Assembly (NCBI RefSeq): GCF_964213995.1 | Contig: NW_027590160.1 | Span: 248,001-311,764, forward strand | DNA length: 63,764 bases | Reading direction: 5' to 3' | Source of the DNA: Mustelus asterias | Lineage: Eukaryota | Shown here: positions 12,151 to 23,540 of the stretch, one piece after another | Numbering within the stretch: the first letter of the stretch is position 1 | How the letters are laid out: each line of letters opens with the position of its first letter | The notes under the pieces: generated by a model | Database searches by the model: none | Told to the model about the DNA's origin: nothing | The model's input: the letters and a program-made list of their open reading frames with translations, nothing else | Made by a program: the position numbers and the translations under genes

Positions 12151-14756
12151 ATCTGGCTGATTCAGTCCGGAAAAGCACCCTCACTCCACACACACTCACC
12201 CAAACACATTGTAAATGGGAGTGACAAGTGAGCACAATACGGACCTCGGGCCAAGGGTTGGAAAAACATTTAAATCTTTCACAGGTCAGTCACAATTGAA
12301 TAATTTCCTCTTTCCGCAATGAGCGAAACTTGTAAAAACTCAAGAAATTTGACACAATCCAGAGCAAAGCCATCCACAAGATTACCCAACCCCTCATTCA
12401 CCCTATTCGCTCTCTCCATCACTAACAAGCAGTGACAGCAGTGTGTATTATATACAAGATGCACTGCAACAACTCACCAAGACTCCAGAGAAAACACTGT
12501 CCAAACCAGCTGCCTTTATATCCCAGCAGGACAAGGGCAGCAGCCACATATGAAGACTACCACCCGCAAGCTCCCCTCCAAGACAGACAACATCCTGACT
12601 TGAAACAATACCTCAGTTCCTTCACAGTCGCTGGGTGGGTCAAAATCCTGGAACATCCTGCCTAACAGCAACGGCGGATGCCTGCAGCATATGGACTGCA
12701 GTTTTTCAAGGATACTTCATATTAACACTTTCTCAGGTAGGATTAAAAATTCTGACCGAGCAAATGACTCTAAAATGTCTTCAGAAGATTAAAAATAGGA
12801 TGCAAATGAATTTGACCCTTCAACTGTCATACTAAACAGGTCAGGGACTGCTATAGTACGGAGCACAATATAGTAAATCTCACTTTGCATTTGCTCATCG
12901 AACATTCCCAAGACCGGTAAATCACTGGTTAAAAATCACTCAAATCTGCCTCTGCAGTCTGACGTTTCTGCTCTCTCTAACGGTCACAATATGCTTTGGG
13001 GATCTCATTTCTGAGACGCCGAGTCAAACGTCAAGTCAGACTGCCACATTTCTCACAGGTACAAGTTTATAAAGAAATAAATCAAATTTCACTCCCTGAA
13101 ATACAGCAGAAGGAACCAGAAGTTTTACAACCAGTCAGGCAGATTCCTGGTCCCAACACAGTGACCACGCGCACAGAAACAGAACAGACACAAACGGTGC
13201 AACAATCGAGTGCCCAGCAGATAGATCTGTTCAATCTGTCAATTTCATTCAAACTGTTGGATTCTAATTGATCAATGGCCAACTTACAACAACAGAAAAT
13301 TAATAACCTTTTTTAAATTAAACTGATATTCATTTCAAAACTCCTTTCGACTGTTAATTATTCCTGTTTCACTTCTCGAAAACTATGTAAAAATGTAACT
13401 TCGCCGAAAATGAGCAATCAAAAATAACAGATTCGGGACAGTTCAATGTCCCTAACAGAGATGCGGTGACACAGCAAGAAGTAACCAAATCAAGAAACAT
13501 TTAGATTGAAAATCATTACCTGATTAGATCTAATTTCTTAATTAAATGTAATCAACAAATTAATCAAAGCAAAACACTTTATCGAGTGAGCACAGCTGAG
13601 TAAAGTAATGTTTTGTTTCTGAATTCATTTCCGATACACGCCTGTACAATATTCAAGGTAGTTTGTTTTGAATTAATCAGCAGCAATATTATATTTTAAG
13701 TTATTGTTAGTTACTAGTTAGTTCTCCTGTCAGCTCATTTGTACTCTGTAATAAAATGAGTTTTCAATCATTCAAAATGTGCTTCTGCCTCCAACATTGT
13801 TAAATAATTAGGTTACAATTAAATCTTAGACAATGTTAAATATAATTTCAAATTACTGAACAGAAACATTCAGACATCTGCCATTCATTTACTTAAATCT
13901 AATCACATTGTAATATTTTACTTTTTCACTTTTACTACAAGTGTCTTATTATAACCTGCAAAAGTGTTAAAATTGCATACTGCTGAATATGTATAGACTG
14001 TAACGGCCTGGCAGTTTGAAATCAATAATACTGCTTCCTAGATTTAGTAATTTAGAACATCCATATAACTTAATTACTGAGCACATTGTTTAATTAAAGA
14101 AGATCTGAATTAAACCGTGCAAACACAAAGAGGACAATTGATTCAAATCCTCTGTAACACTAAAACATGATGCAGAATGTAAGTCCAGACTTTTTCTTCA
14201 TTATAATATTTAATAAGAATTAAACATAAGGTTCAGATAGAATCAATTCTTCTACTGTGTCATTTATTCTTCCCATAATTCTATCCTGTGTTCAGCAGTA
14301 ATGGGAGACATGATGTTATTATCAAGTGCAGAGATAAGAGTATTTTTATAGTATTTATAATAGTATAATATTTTTATTTAAATTAATCTTTTTGAATTTC
14401 AAGCATTAACTTGCCCATCTCTAGCCAGTTTCTGTTGACACTTTACTACAATTCAAACACAATTATGTGAACAATTGCTTGAGTGTCAGCGAATTCCACC
14501 TGTCAGAAAACTCTGTTCGCTCTGTCAAATTTATTCAAACTGTTTGATTCTAATTGATCTAAGGTCAAATTACAACTGCAAAAAAGTCAATAAAATATTT
14601 AAATTAACCTGATGTTAATTTCAAAATTCCCTTCGCCTTGTAACTATCTCTCCCTGTCTGTCTCAAATCATGAAAACTGGGCAAAAATGTATTTTTTCTG
14701 AAAATGAGCACCTCAAATATAACAGATTCAGGGTAGTGTAATGTCCCTAACAGAGA

Positions 14757-15097
14757 TAGAAAGATAGAAACCCTACAGTGCAGAAGAAGGCCATTCGGCC
14801 CATCGAGTCTGCACCGACCACAATCCCACCCAGGCCCTACCCCCACATATTTTACCCGCTAATCCCTCTAACCTACGCATCCCAGGACTCTAAGGGGCAA
14901 TTTTTTTAACCTGGCCAATCAACCTAACCCGCACATCTTTGGACTGTGGGAGGAAACCGGAGCACCCGGAGGAAACCCACGCAGACACGAGGAGAATGTG
15001 CAAACTCCACACAGACAGTGACCCGAGCCAGGAATCGAACCCGGGACCCTGGAGCTGTGAAGCAACAGTGCTAACCACTGTGCTACCGTGCCGCCCA
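14757..15097 (-). mobile_element. Near-consensus full-length HE1/V-SINE
   Basis: Reverse complement begins gggcggcacggtagcacagtggttagcactg, with B-box ggttcgattcc, V-domain and 3' tail. Confidence 0.9.
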
Positions 15098-15479
15098 TAC
15101 ATAAATAAATAGATACAGTGTCTCTGTAAGAATTGTAATTCACGATTTATTTTAATATGTAAGCATCAGTTAACATGAATAAAAGCCCAACATCTAATTA
15201 TTTTATTTTTCCGAAACCTTTTTCCTTTATCCCTGCAAGAATTTTCAAACGCAGCTTTATTTTCATTTAGCCAGGAAACGTGTAACCGTTCAGTATCACA
15301 GAGTTGAAACAATACAGAAACAATTGAGAAACACCAAACCATTTCACAAATTTTGAGATGAGATTAGTAATTAATTATCTCGGTATCCAATTACAAATTA
15401 CTTGGAAGGAATAATTTGATTGCGACTGCACAGAAACAATCCCAACCCCATCCACTGGGGGCAATCTGGACAATGGCTG

Positions 15480-15810
15480 CAGACAGACCTCACTGCGCAT
15501 GCGCAGTAATGACACCCACCGCTGCGGCCATTTTGCGTTGCCAAGGGAGACGGCCAGCGGCCATATTCCGTTGCCAAGGGAGACGGCAGCGACCATCTTG
15601 CGTTGCCAGGGGAGACGGCATCAATGCGGGCGGTGTCCCGCGCGCTGACCTGTGGGAGCATTCCCGTCCCGCACATGCGCACAGGCAGCCCCGCCCCCCT
15701 CGACAGACCCCCTGTTGTCCCGCCAACGAGCATGGGCCGGGCCGGAGTGGGCAAGAGGTGACACTGGGAGGAGCAGCCCCCGGGAGCGTTACAGCGACGC
15801 CTGGTGGCCA
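15480..15810 (-). promoter_or_regulatory. CpG-island promoter-like element (NRF1, GC box, 3x YY1+X-box repeat)
   Basis: Palindrome ACTGCGCATGCGCAGT (15492-15507). Three 32-33-bp units at 15524-15620, each with AANATGG(C/T)CGC on - and GTTGCC-N3-GGAGAC. GC box GCCCCGCCCC at 15688-15697. High CpG density. Confidence 0.65.
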
Positions 15811-16671
15811 GGAAGGGCAATAGCAGCAGCACAGTCTCTGCCCAAAGGCTTCCCCAGTTCAGCTGCTCAGAGACACTGGGAATGTCTTCAAGTGGAAACT
15901 TCAGCTTCTCACATTCACCCCCTGTGTTCAGTCATTGTTTCCTAGACAACCTCTGTAGTCACATCACAAACAACTTGTTCACATTGAAGGCCATGGCAAT
16001 CTGGACCATTCGGCTTCAAAGCCATTGAGCTTTAAAATTTCAATTGAAATGTTGGAGATGAGAGTTTATCGATGCAAGTCATGTTGCATGTGGAACGCTC
16101 ATGATGCCACAATTAGAGCAGTACAGACATCTCACAGGGTTGTGTGACTGGAGGAGATGTCAGAGACGGGCTGGTTAAATATAGAGGGACAGGGTCTGAA
16201 GCTAAGTTTTGGGTAAAAGATGGCAGTAATGTTGTGACATTAATTTAGCTTCAGATAGTTGCTGGGGAGGGGGATAGAGAGGTTGGGGAGCGATGTTTGT
16301 ATTGGGGCAATCTCTCTCTCTCTCTCATCATGTATATATATGAATCCATCTCTCACTCTCTATCTCTCTTTACCCATTGTGTCCAGAGTCTTGTGAAGGC
16401 GCAGACCGGTGGCAGGTCATTACTGCCGAGGAGGACAGCCTTCAGCGCACTGGAGCTGCGTTGCTGCACGGATAGCTCGAGGCACCTCTGCCTCCGACAG
16501 CATCATCTTCCACACGTGTGTCTCTTCTGGACTTTGTGTGTGTCGTGTGTAACTGGTGGGGACTGTACAATCCAACTGGAACATGGTATGGTGGGAAGGT
16601 CTTATGAGCAAAGGCTGAGGGACTTGAGGCTGTTTTCGTTAGAGAGAAGAAGGTTAAGAGGTGAGTTCTCA

Positions 16672-18287
16672 TCATAAACCAGCTGGTCGCCTCCATGCTG
16701 TGGTACCGGCTGGTCCCTTTGACCCCTCCCTCTGGCTTTGTCGCCGATATCCAGAGAACCCTCGTGCGGTTCTTCTGGGGCAATCGACTGCACTGGGTCC
16801 CTGCTGCGGTTCTGCATCTCCCGCTTGAGGAGGGCGGACAAGGTCTGGTGTGCCTCCGCACTCAGATAGCGACCTTCCGCCTCCAGGCCCTGCAGAGGTA
16901 CCTTTACGTTGAGCCCCCTCCACAGTGGTGTGCCATGGCGACGTATTTCTTCCGCCAGTGGCACGGCCTCAATTATGACGTGCAGCTCCTGCATATCGAA
17001 CTGGGGCGTGCTTCGACCGCCCTGCAGGAGTTGCCCGTCTTTTACCAGGACCTCCTCACTGTCTGGAACAAGGTCGCCTCGTGACGCAGCTCTCCCCCGT
17101 CAGGAGTAGCGGCTCTCGTGCGAGAGCCGCTGCTCAGGAATCCGCTCCTCCAGCCGTATAACTTCAGGTGGCTGGCGGAGAGGAGGGCTGTGGACGCCGG
17201 GGTGACCAGAATCGGGGACGTGCTCGATGGCGGAGGGGCGGGCTGGATGAGTCCCCGCATGCTGGCTGAGCGCGCGGGGACGACCGTCCGGCGCGTGACC
17301 AAAGCCATCCTAGACCTTAGGACGGTCGTGCTCGGCCCCGAAACTGCACGCAAACTTGAGACGGCGCAGGCGTGCGGTGGGATCCCGCCCGAGCGTTCCC
17401 CTGTTCGGGCGGAATTCCACATTGGCCCAAAGCCTCAGCCCCCTCCCCTGGGTGAGGTGCCCCACAGCCTGAGCCGCCTTGCGGAAATGTCCTCCGTGCC
17501 TTTTTCTACCGCGCGGAGGCGTTTCCTGTGCGGGCTGCTGCTGCACACCCTCCACTACCGCCTCCTCGCCTGTCGCCCGGATACACCTTGGCGGGCCTTG
17601 TTGCCGCCGGGCGGCGGAGGTCCCCGCTGGAGGTCCCTCTATGGAGGGATCTTCCCCAATTACGTCGGGGACCTGGGGTGGAGGGTGATGCATGCAGCAG
17701 TGCCGCACAACCGTAGGATTCACTGGTTCACGGGCTCCGAAGACTGCCCTTTCTGTGGCCTTGTGGAGTCCGTGGACCATGTCTATGTTGTGTGTCTTAG
17801 GCTGCACTCCCTTTATGTTTTCCTGAAGAACCTTTTATTGATGTTCTGTTTGCACTTCAGTCCCACACTCCTGATCTACGGACACCCGGTGCAGAGAGGG
17901 GAGGGTCGGGATGGCGACCTCCTCGTGAACCTGCTCCTGGGCCTGGCGAAACGCGCCATTTACCGGTCCAGGCAGCGGGCGATCGAGGGGGCCGTCCATC
18001 CTGACTGTCTTCCCCTCTACCGCGGCTACGTTCGCAGCCAGGTGTCCCTGGAGAGGGAGCATGCGGTGTCCACGGGCGAGGTTGACTCTTTCCGCGCCCG
18101 CTGGGCACCGCAGGGGTTGGGGTGCGTTCCCGACCCTAATAATTACATTATGATTTGATGTTTTTAAGTTTCCTTTGTACTTTGATTTCTGTTCGGGCTG
18201 TTCCCCCTCTTTTTGGGGAGCTGCCCCTTTTACTTTGTCCTGATTTAATCTGAGTTTGTTTACTTGGTTTGGTTTGACCTAAAAAGA
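16672..18287 (+). mobile_element. Tx1-clade non-LTR retrotransposon, 5'-truncated ORF2 C-terminus plus 3' UTR
   Basis: ORFs 16695-17084 and 17118-18158 (one stop between) contain LPLEEGGQGL and the zf-RVT motif CPFCGLVESVDHVYVVC; T-rich 3' UTR. Confidence 0.85.
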
Positions 18288-19257
18288 GGACAACAGGAGA
18301 GACGATGGCTTTATGGTATTCGCGTGAGGTTATTCAGAAACTCAGCTAATGTTGTGCGGACCAGATTCAATGAAAACAATATCTACAATTAACAATCTAC
18401 TGATGACCATGAAACCATTGTCGGAAAAAACAATCTTGTTCAATAATGTACTTAAGGGAAGGAAACCTGCCGTCCTTACCTGGTCCGGCCTACGTGTGAC
18501 TCCAGAGGCACAGCAATGTGGTTGGCTCTCAACTCGTGATGGGGAATAAATGCTGGCCAACCAGTGGCACCCATGTCCCACACACAGAAAAAGGAAATCA
18601 CTGGAATCACTGTTGAAACTGTCCTGATAATAAGGCTAATGGACATATTGAGGAAAAGCAATGATATAATTATTTAGCCTTCCTTAACTTCCGTGTCACA
18701 ATAAGAAAATAAGCATTTTTTTGTAGAATGTCAATTATTGAGCATGTTCAAAAAATTCAGTAGCTTCATGGAGCATCATCTCATCAAGGGCCATGCAGAT
18801 AGCGCGGGAAAGTGGCGTTCAGGCTGATCAGCCCTGATCTAACTGAATGGCGACACCAAATCGAAGGACCGAATGGCCGACTGCTGCTCCCATGTTCTTT
18901 TACCCGATTTTTCGATATTCCTCCCCAAGTAAATCGCTAAATCTGGAAGTTCTCGCAGTAGGATAGTGACTTTACTGTTCGTCTGTTTCCTGTCCGTTAT
19001 CTCACCACCTGGGCGTCACACAGCACCACTCGGGACAGTTGAAATACTGTGTCCAGTTCTGGTCGCTCTACTATTAAACTAGAAAGAGTGCAGAATGTAT
19101 GCTTTAGGATGAACGCTTTAAACATTTGAAGTTCAAGATAAGTTAATAAATTGAAAGTGACGGTTTTCTTCTTAAATTGACTGACATGGGCTTTCAGTCT
19201 AAACACAGTGCAGTTGAACAATACAGATAGCCGATTTGCTGGAGCGTGTAGTCTTCT

Positions 19258-19330
19258 GTTTCTGTGGTGCTGTGGTTATCACGTTTACCTCACACGCGAA
19301 AAGTCAACGGTTCGAAACCGGCCAGAAGTA
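19258..19330 (+). pseudogene. tRNA-Val(CAC)-like pseudogene
   Basis: gtttctgtggtgctgtggttatcacgtttacctcacacgcgaaaagtcaacggttcgaaaccgg; several stem-breaking changes versus vertebrate tRNA-Val. Confidence 0.7.
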
Positions 19331-20297
19331 CTGTTGGATTTATCTCGCTGAGCGTGAGCTAAATCTGCAGAATTTAAGTTCGTTGCTCCATATTATGTGA
19401 ATCTCCATGTTACGTCAGCTAAAATGCTTTTCGGAAAATCAGAATTGCTGTATTTTAGGATGCAAAAGCAGGAAATAAATGTATGTACTGCTTATACACA
19501 TATTCGCAACTCGTTCAGTCCACAATAGAATTTAATGGGTTCAGAGATGCAGACTAACATAGTTAATTAACATCTGAAACACGTCTCTTAGTATTATGTG
19601 CTCATAAAGACAGACACAAGTGAAACTGTAACTGGACTAGAGGAAATGGCGCACATTTCCCAGCAGCATCTTTTTAAAATTGTTCTTCATGATAAAGAAA
19701 TGGGAAAAACCACTCAGACAGATGAGGAAATCGAGAATCAGTGGGGACCTCCTAGAGATGAACGAGATTTCGGCGCCAGAATGTTTCACACGCGGAATAA
19801 AGAGGCATCAAGTATAACGAACAGATCATTCTTAATTCTCTTCCCTTGAAATGAATTTGATTTTGTTTGAAAGATGAGTGTGGTCATTCTCAGATAAGCA
19901 CCATGGGATGTGTATTACCCAGTGACTCGATTTCTTTTGTTTGTTAGTCATGTTTGCAATTGAATGTTGTATATTTCAGAGAGGTTCAATTCAGAATGAG
20001 GGCATCTGTGTTAAATAAAAGTATTGAAATTAAATGTTGAATAACTACAAATGCAGGATATAACTGGTTGAACGTATTCTACGAAGATGAGATGATTGAG
20101 CAGAAATCATTGCTCCCTTTGACATTTGACAGACGAACGCTTTTTAAGTTTTGAAGTTCAAGATAAATTGAGATATCAGGTTGAAAGTAACGGATTTGTT
20201 CTTGTATTGGTCCTTCAATCTTACCGTCTGAACCGGCAGCAACACAGTGGAGTGAAATATTGTAGTCAAGCCAATTAGCGAGTCGGTGCTGTCTCTT

Positions 20298-20370
20298 GTT
20301 CCTGTAACATAGTGGTTATCACGTTCGCCTAACACGCGAAAGGTCCCCGATCTGAAAACGGGCAGAAACA
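20298..20370 (+). pseudogene. tRNA-Val(AAC)-like pseudogene
   Basis: tagtggttatcacgttcgcctaacacgcgaaaggtcccc is intact, but the B-box/T-loop is mutated (gatctgaaaa). Confidence 0.7.
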
Positions 20371-21570
20371 TTCATTAGCTTTTCTCATGAAGGGTGAGTG
20401 AAATCTGAATGATTTCAGTTGGTTGCTGAACATTATCCGAATCTCGATGTTAAAGCCACGTTATCTTTGCTCTGACCTCTGCCTCAAATGCTTTCTGTAA
20501 AATAAGAAATGCTGATTTTTTTTGACGCATTGAGAGGAAAGAAACGTTTCGTTTTGACACTCTGCACATGTTAGCATTTCGTTCGGTCTCCAGTAGAATT
20601 TAATGGGTTTATAGGCGCAGACTAACATAGTTAATTACCATCTGAAACATGTCTAATAGTAGTGTGTGCTCAAAAAGACAGACACAAGTGATACTGTAAG
20701 TGAACTACAGGAAATAGCACACATTTCCCAGAAGAATCTTTTTTAAATCAAAATAAATAAATAACAAAGAATTAGGAATAACCACTCAGACAGATGAGGA
20801 AATCGAGACTCACTGCGGATTTACGGGACTTTCCTACAGATGGCCGGAATTTATGCACCTGAATGTTTCACACTCATAATAACAAGCCTCAAGTATAACT
20901 AACAGATAATTCTTCTATCTCTTCCATTTAAATATAGATGACTTTGTTTAAAAACTGACTGTGGTGAATCTCAAAGAAGCACGATGGGATTTGTATTACC
21001 CGGTGACTCGATTCCATCTGTTGGTCAGTCATGTTTGCAATTCAATGATGTTCAATTTCAGAGCTATTCAATTCATAATGAAGACGCATGTGTTAAATAA
21101 TGTATTGATATTAAATATTAGAAACATAGATAGAAACATAGAAAACTACAGCACAAAACAGGCCCTTCGGCCCCACAAGTTGTGCCGAACATATCCCTAC
21201 CTTTTAGGCCTACCTATAACCCTCCATCCCATTAAGTCCCATATACTCATCCAGGAGTCTCTTAAAAGACCCAAACAAAATACCCTATTTAATAACGAAA
21301 AAATACTGAGTACAATTGGTTGGAATTATTCGAAGGACGATGAGAATGATGCATTAATGATTGAGCAGAAATCATTGCTTCCTTAGCCATTTGCCGGGCG
21401 AACGTTTTTTAATTTTGAAGGACAAGATAAGTTGCGATATCAGGTAGAAAGTAACGGATGTCTTCTTGGATTAAGTGACATGGACTCTCAACCGAAACAT
21501 CAGAACCTGCAGCATCACAGTGGAGCTGAATATTGTAATCAGGCCATTTGACGACGCTGTGCTGTCCTTT

Positions 21571-21643
21571 GTTTCTGTAATGTCGTGGTTATCAATTTCG
21601 CTCAACACGCGAAATGGCGCCGCTTCGATGCCAGGTAGAAACA
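21571..21643 (+). pseudogene. Decayed tRNA-Val-like pseudogene
   Basis: Third copy in the same tandem unit context; heavily mutated. Confidence 0.6.
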
Positions 21644-23205
21644 TTCGTTAAGCTTTCTCCTGTAGGGCGAGGGAAGTCTGTCTGATTTCAGTTTGTTGCT
21701 GAACATTATCCGTAATCTCAGTGTTACAGCCATGTTATCTTTGCTCTGACATCGGCCTCAAATGCTTCCCCCAAAATCACAAATGCTGACGCTCCTATTT
21801 TGGCACCGTTCACAGGTTAGCATCTCGTTCAGTCTGCAACACAATTTAATGGGTTTATAGGTGCAGACTAACATAGTTAATCACCATCTGAAACATGTCT
21901 AACAGTATTGTGTGCTCAAAAGACGGACACAAGTGAAACTGTAACTGACGTAGAGGAAATGGCACACATTGCCCAGAAGCATCTTTTTATTTGCATATAT
22001 ATTTATTTTTGCAATCTTTTAAGTTAAGAGCTACAACGAAAGGTGAGGAATTTTCTTGTGCAATTCTTTTCTAATAACAAGTAACGAATGCGATAATTGG
22101 GTCGCAGCATTTTAACACGAGTGCTGAGTGTTCAGACATAGTTTCTCTGCTTCCTCCTGCACCATCTGACCGCGCCATTGCTCTGTGCCGGGCTTGGGTT
22201 TGGCAATTACCCCACCCCTTCCCTCTTCACACCATTTGTTCCAACAGGCAAATATTCGGGCAGCTTCATTGCACGTTGCTGAAGGTGCAAAAGAAGAACG
22301 AAAATTAAATTCAACGAGAGAAACTGAGAGAGGAAACAGGACTGAAATTGAGGAGCAAAGGGAGATGGTACAGACACAAATAATAAAAGGAAGAATGAAT
22401 ATTATAGAGGAAACAATCATGTGGTGATTCTCAAAAAATGTCAGCCGTTTTGTTTAAGTTTTAGTTTGTTTGTTTTGTGATGCATATTCCCTAATTATGG
22501 GCGATTATGGCCAGATTAGCATTACTCGTCCATCGCTATCTTGACCCACCATCGTGTAAATGGTGACGGTGCTGTTCTGGAGATATTTTCAGGATTTTGA
22601 GTGAGAGACAAGAGGAACGGCGCTTGTGCCGGAGTTAGAATTGAATGTGACTTATGGAATCGCTGGATAACATAGGCAGGAAGTAGGGCCTTTGGGAAAG
22701 TGTGTCTGTGCTTCCAGTTTGCAGCGCTGTACAATCAAGTCAACTACATCTCCATTGCCTATGGAGCTGCACTTTTTCATTTTCAAACATATATTGAATC
22801 ACATTTTATTTAATCTTCCTCTACCACGCTTCTGGGCAGTGTTTTCAAGATGATCACAACTCGATTTGAAAATTATGGCAAATCCAAGCCCCCCTCCAGA
22901 AATTTTTGATCAATTACCTATAATTCGTAAGCCCTCATCGGCATTCCTGATGACAGTGGAAATAATTTCCTAATATCTACATCCAGAGATAAACTCTCAT
23001 AAATCTGGTCACTTCCATGACAATTCCTCTTAACAGCCTTCTTTCCAAGGAAATCAATTCAGTTTATCTGCTCACTCTGCGACACCTTGGCACAATTGTG
23101 ACAGATAATAAGAATGGGTATCCTGAATGAGCAATTTTACTCTACAAGTGTCGCACGGTGGTCGATGCCATCAAATAACTCTCCTGTTATGTCGTGTTTT
23201 GTCAG

Positions 23206-23540
23206 GTTTCTTGTGTGGGCTCGTGTGGTTGTGAAGCATTGTGATCCTCAATCCGCAGATATAGAGGGCGCTGTCTTTCGTCTCCACTGCAGAAATTGCA
23301 AAGGGAAAATCTGATATTGACTGAAACGACGAGCATCGAATTTTCTTTTGAAAAACTCGGCATCACAGCGTCTGAAGTTATCCGATACAATATAAAATAG
23401 AGTGGCTGTTTCGGTTACAGCATGTACCAATAGCGACCCGGTTCAACAGAACTGGAGTTATGATTACAGTTCAATTCCAGATTAGCTCCCGCAGTAGCCT
23501 TCAATTCATGTTGCCCCTATGTGACCGAACTCTCTTAGAT
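23206..23540 (-). pseudogene. TCR alpha/delta-type V pseudogene with RSS
   Basis: Minus strand reads ESSVT*GQHELKATAGANLELNCNHNSSSVEPGRYWYML*PKQPLYFILY, then after frameshifts ...ISAVETKDSALYICGLR. Heptamer CACAATG (23237-23243), 22-nt spacer, ACAAGAAAC (23206-23214). Confidence 0.8.

Noticed and set aside
13157-13195. CACAGTG as a possible D/J RSS
   Set aside because: No good nonamer at 12 or 22/23 spacing and no adjacent J/D coding motif.
14757-15097. tRNA-like heads of SINEs as tRNA genes
   Set aside because: They continue into the V-SINE body and form no complete cloverleaf.
16380-16560. Exon-like segment on + downstream of the CpG island
   Set aside because: A plausible acceptor exists, but I recognise no product and no clear donor.
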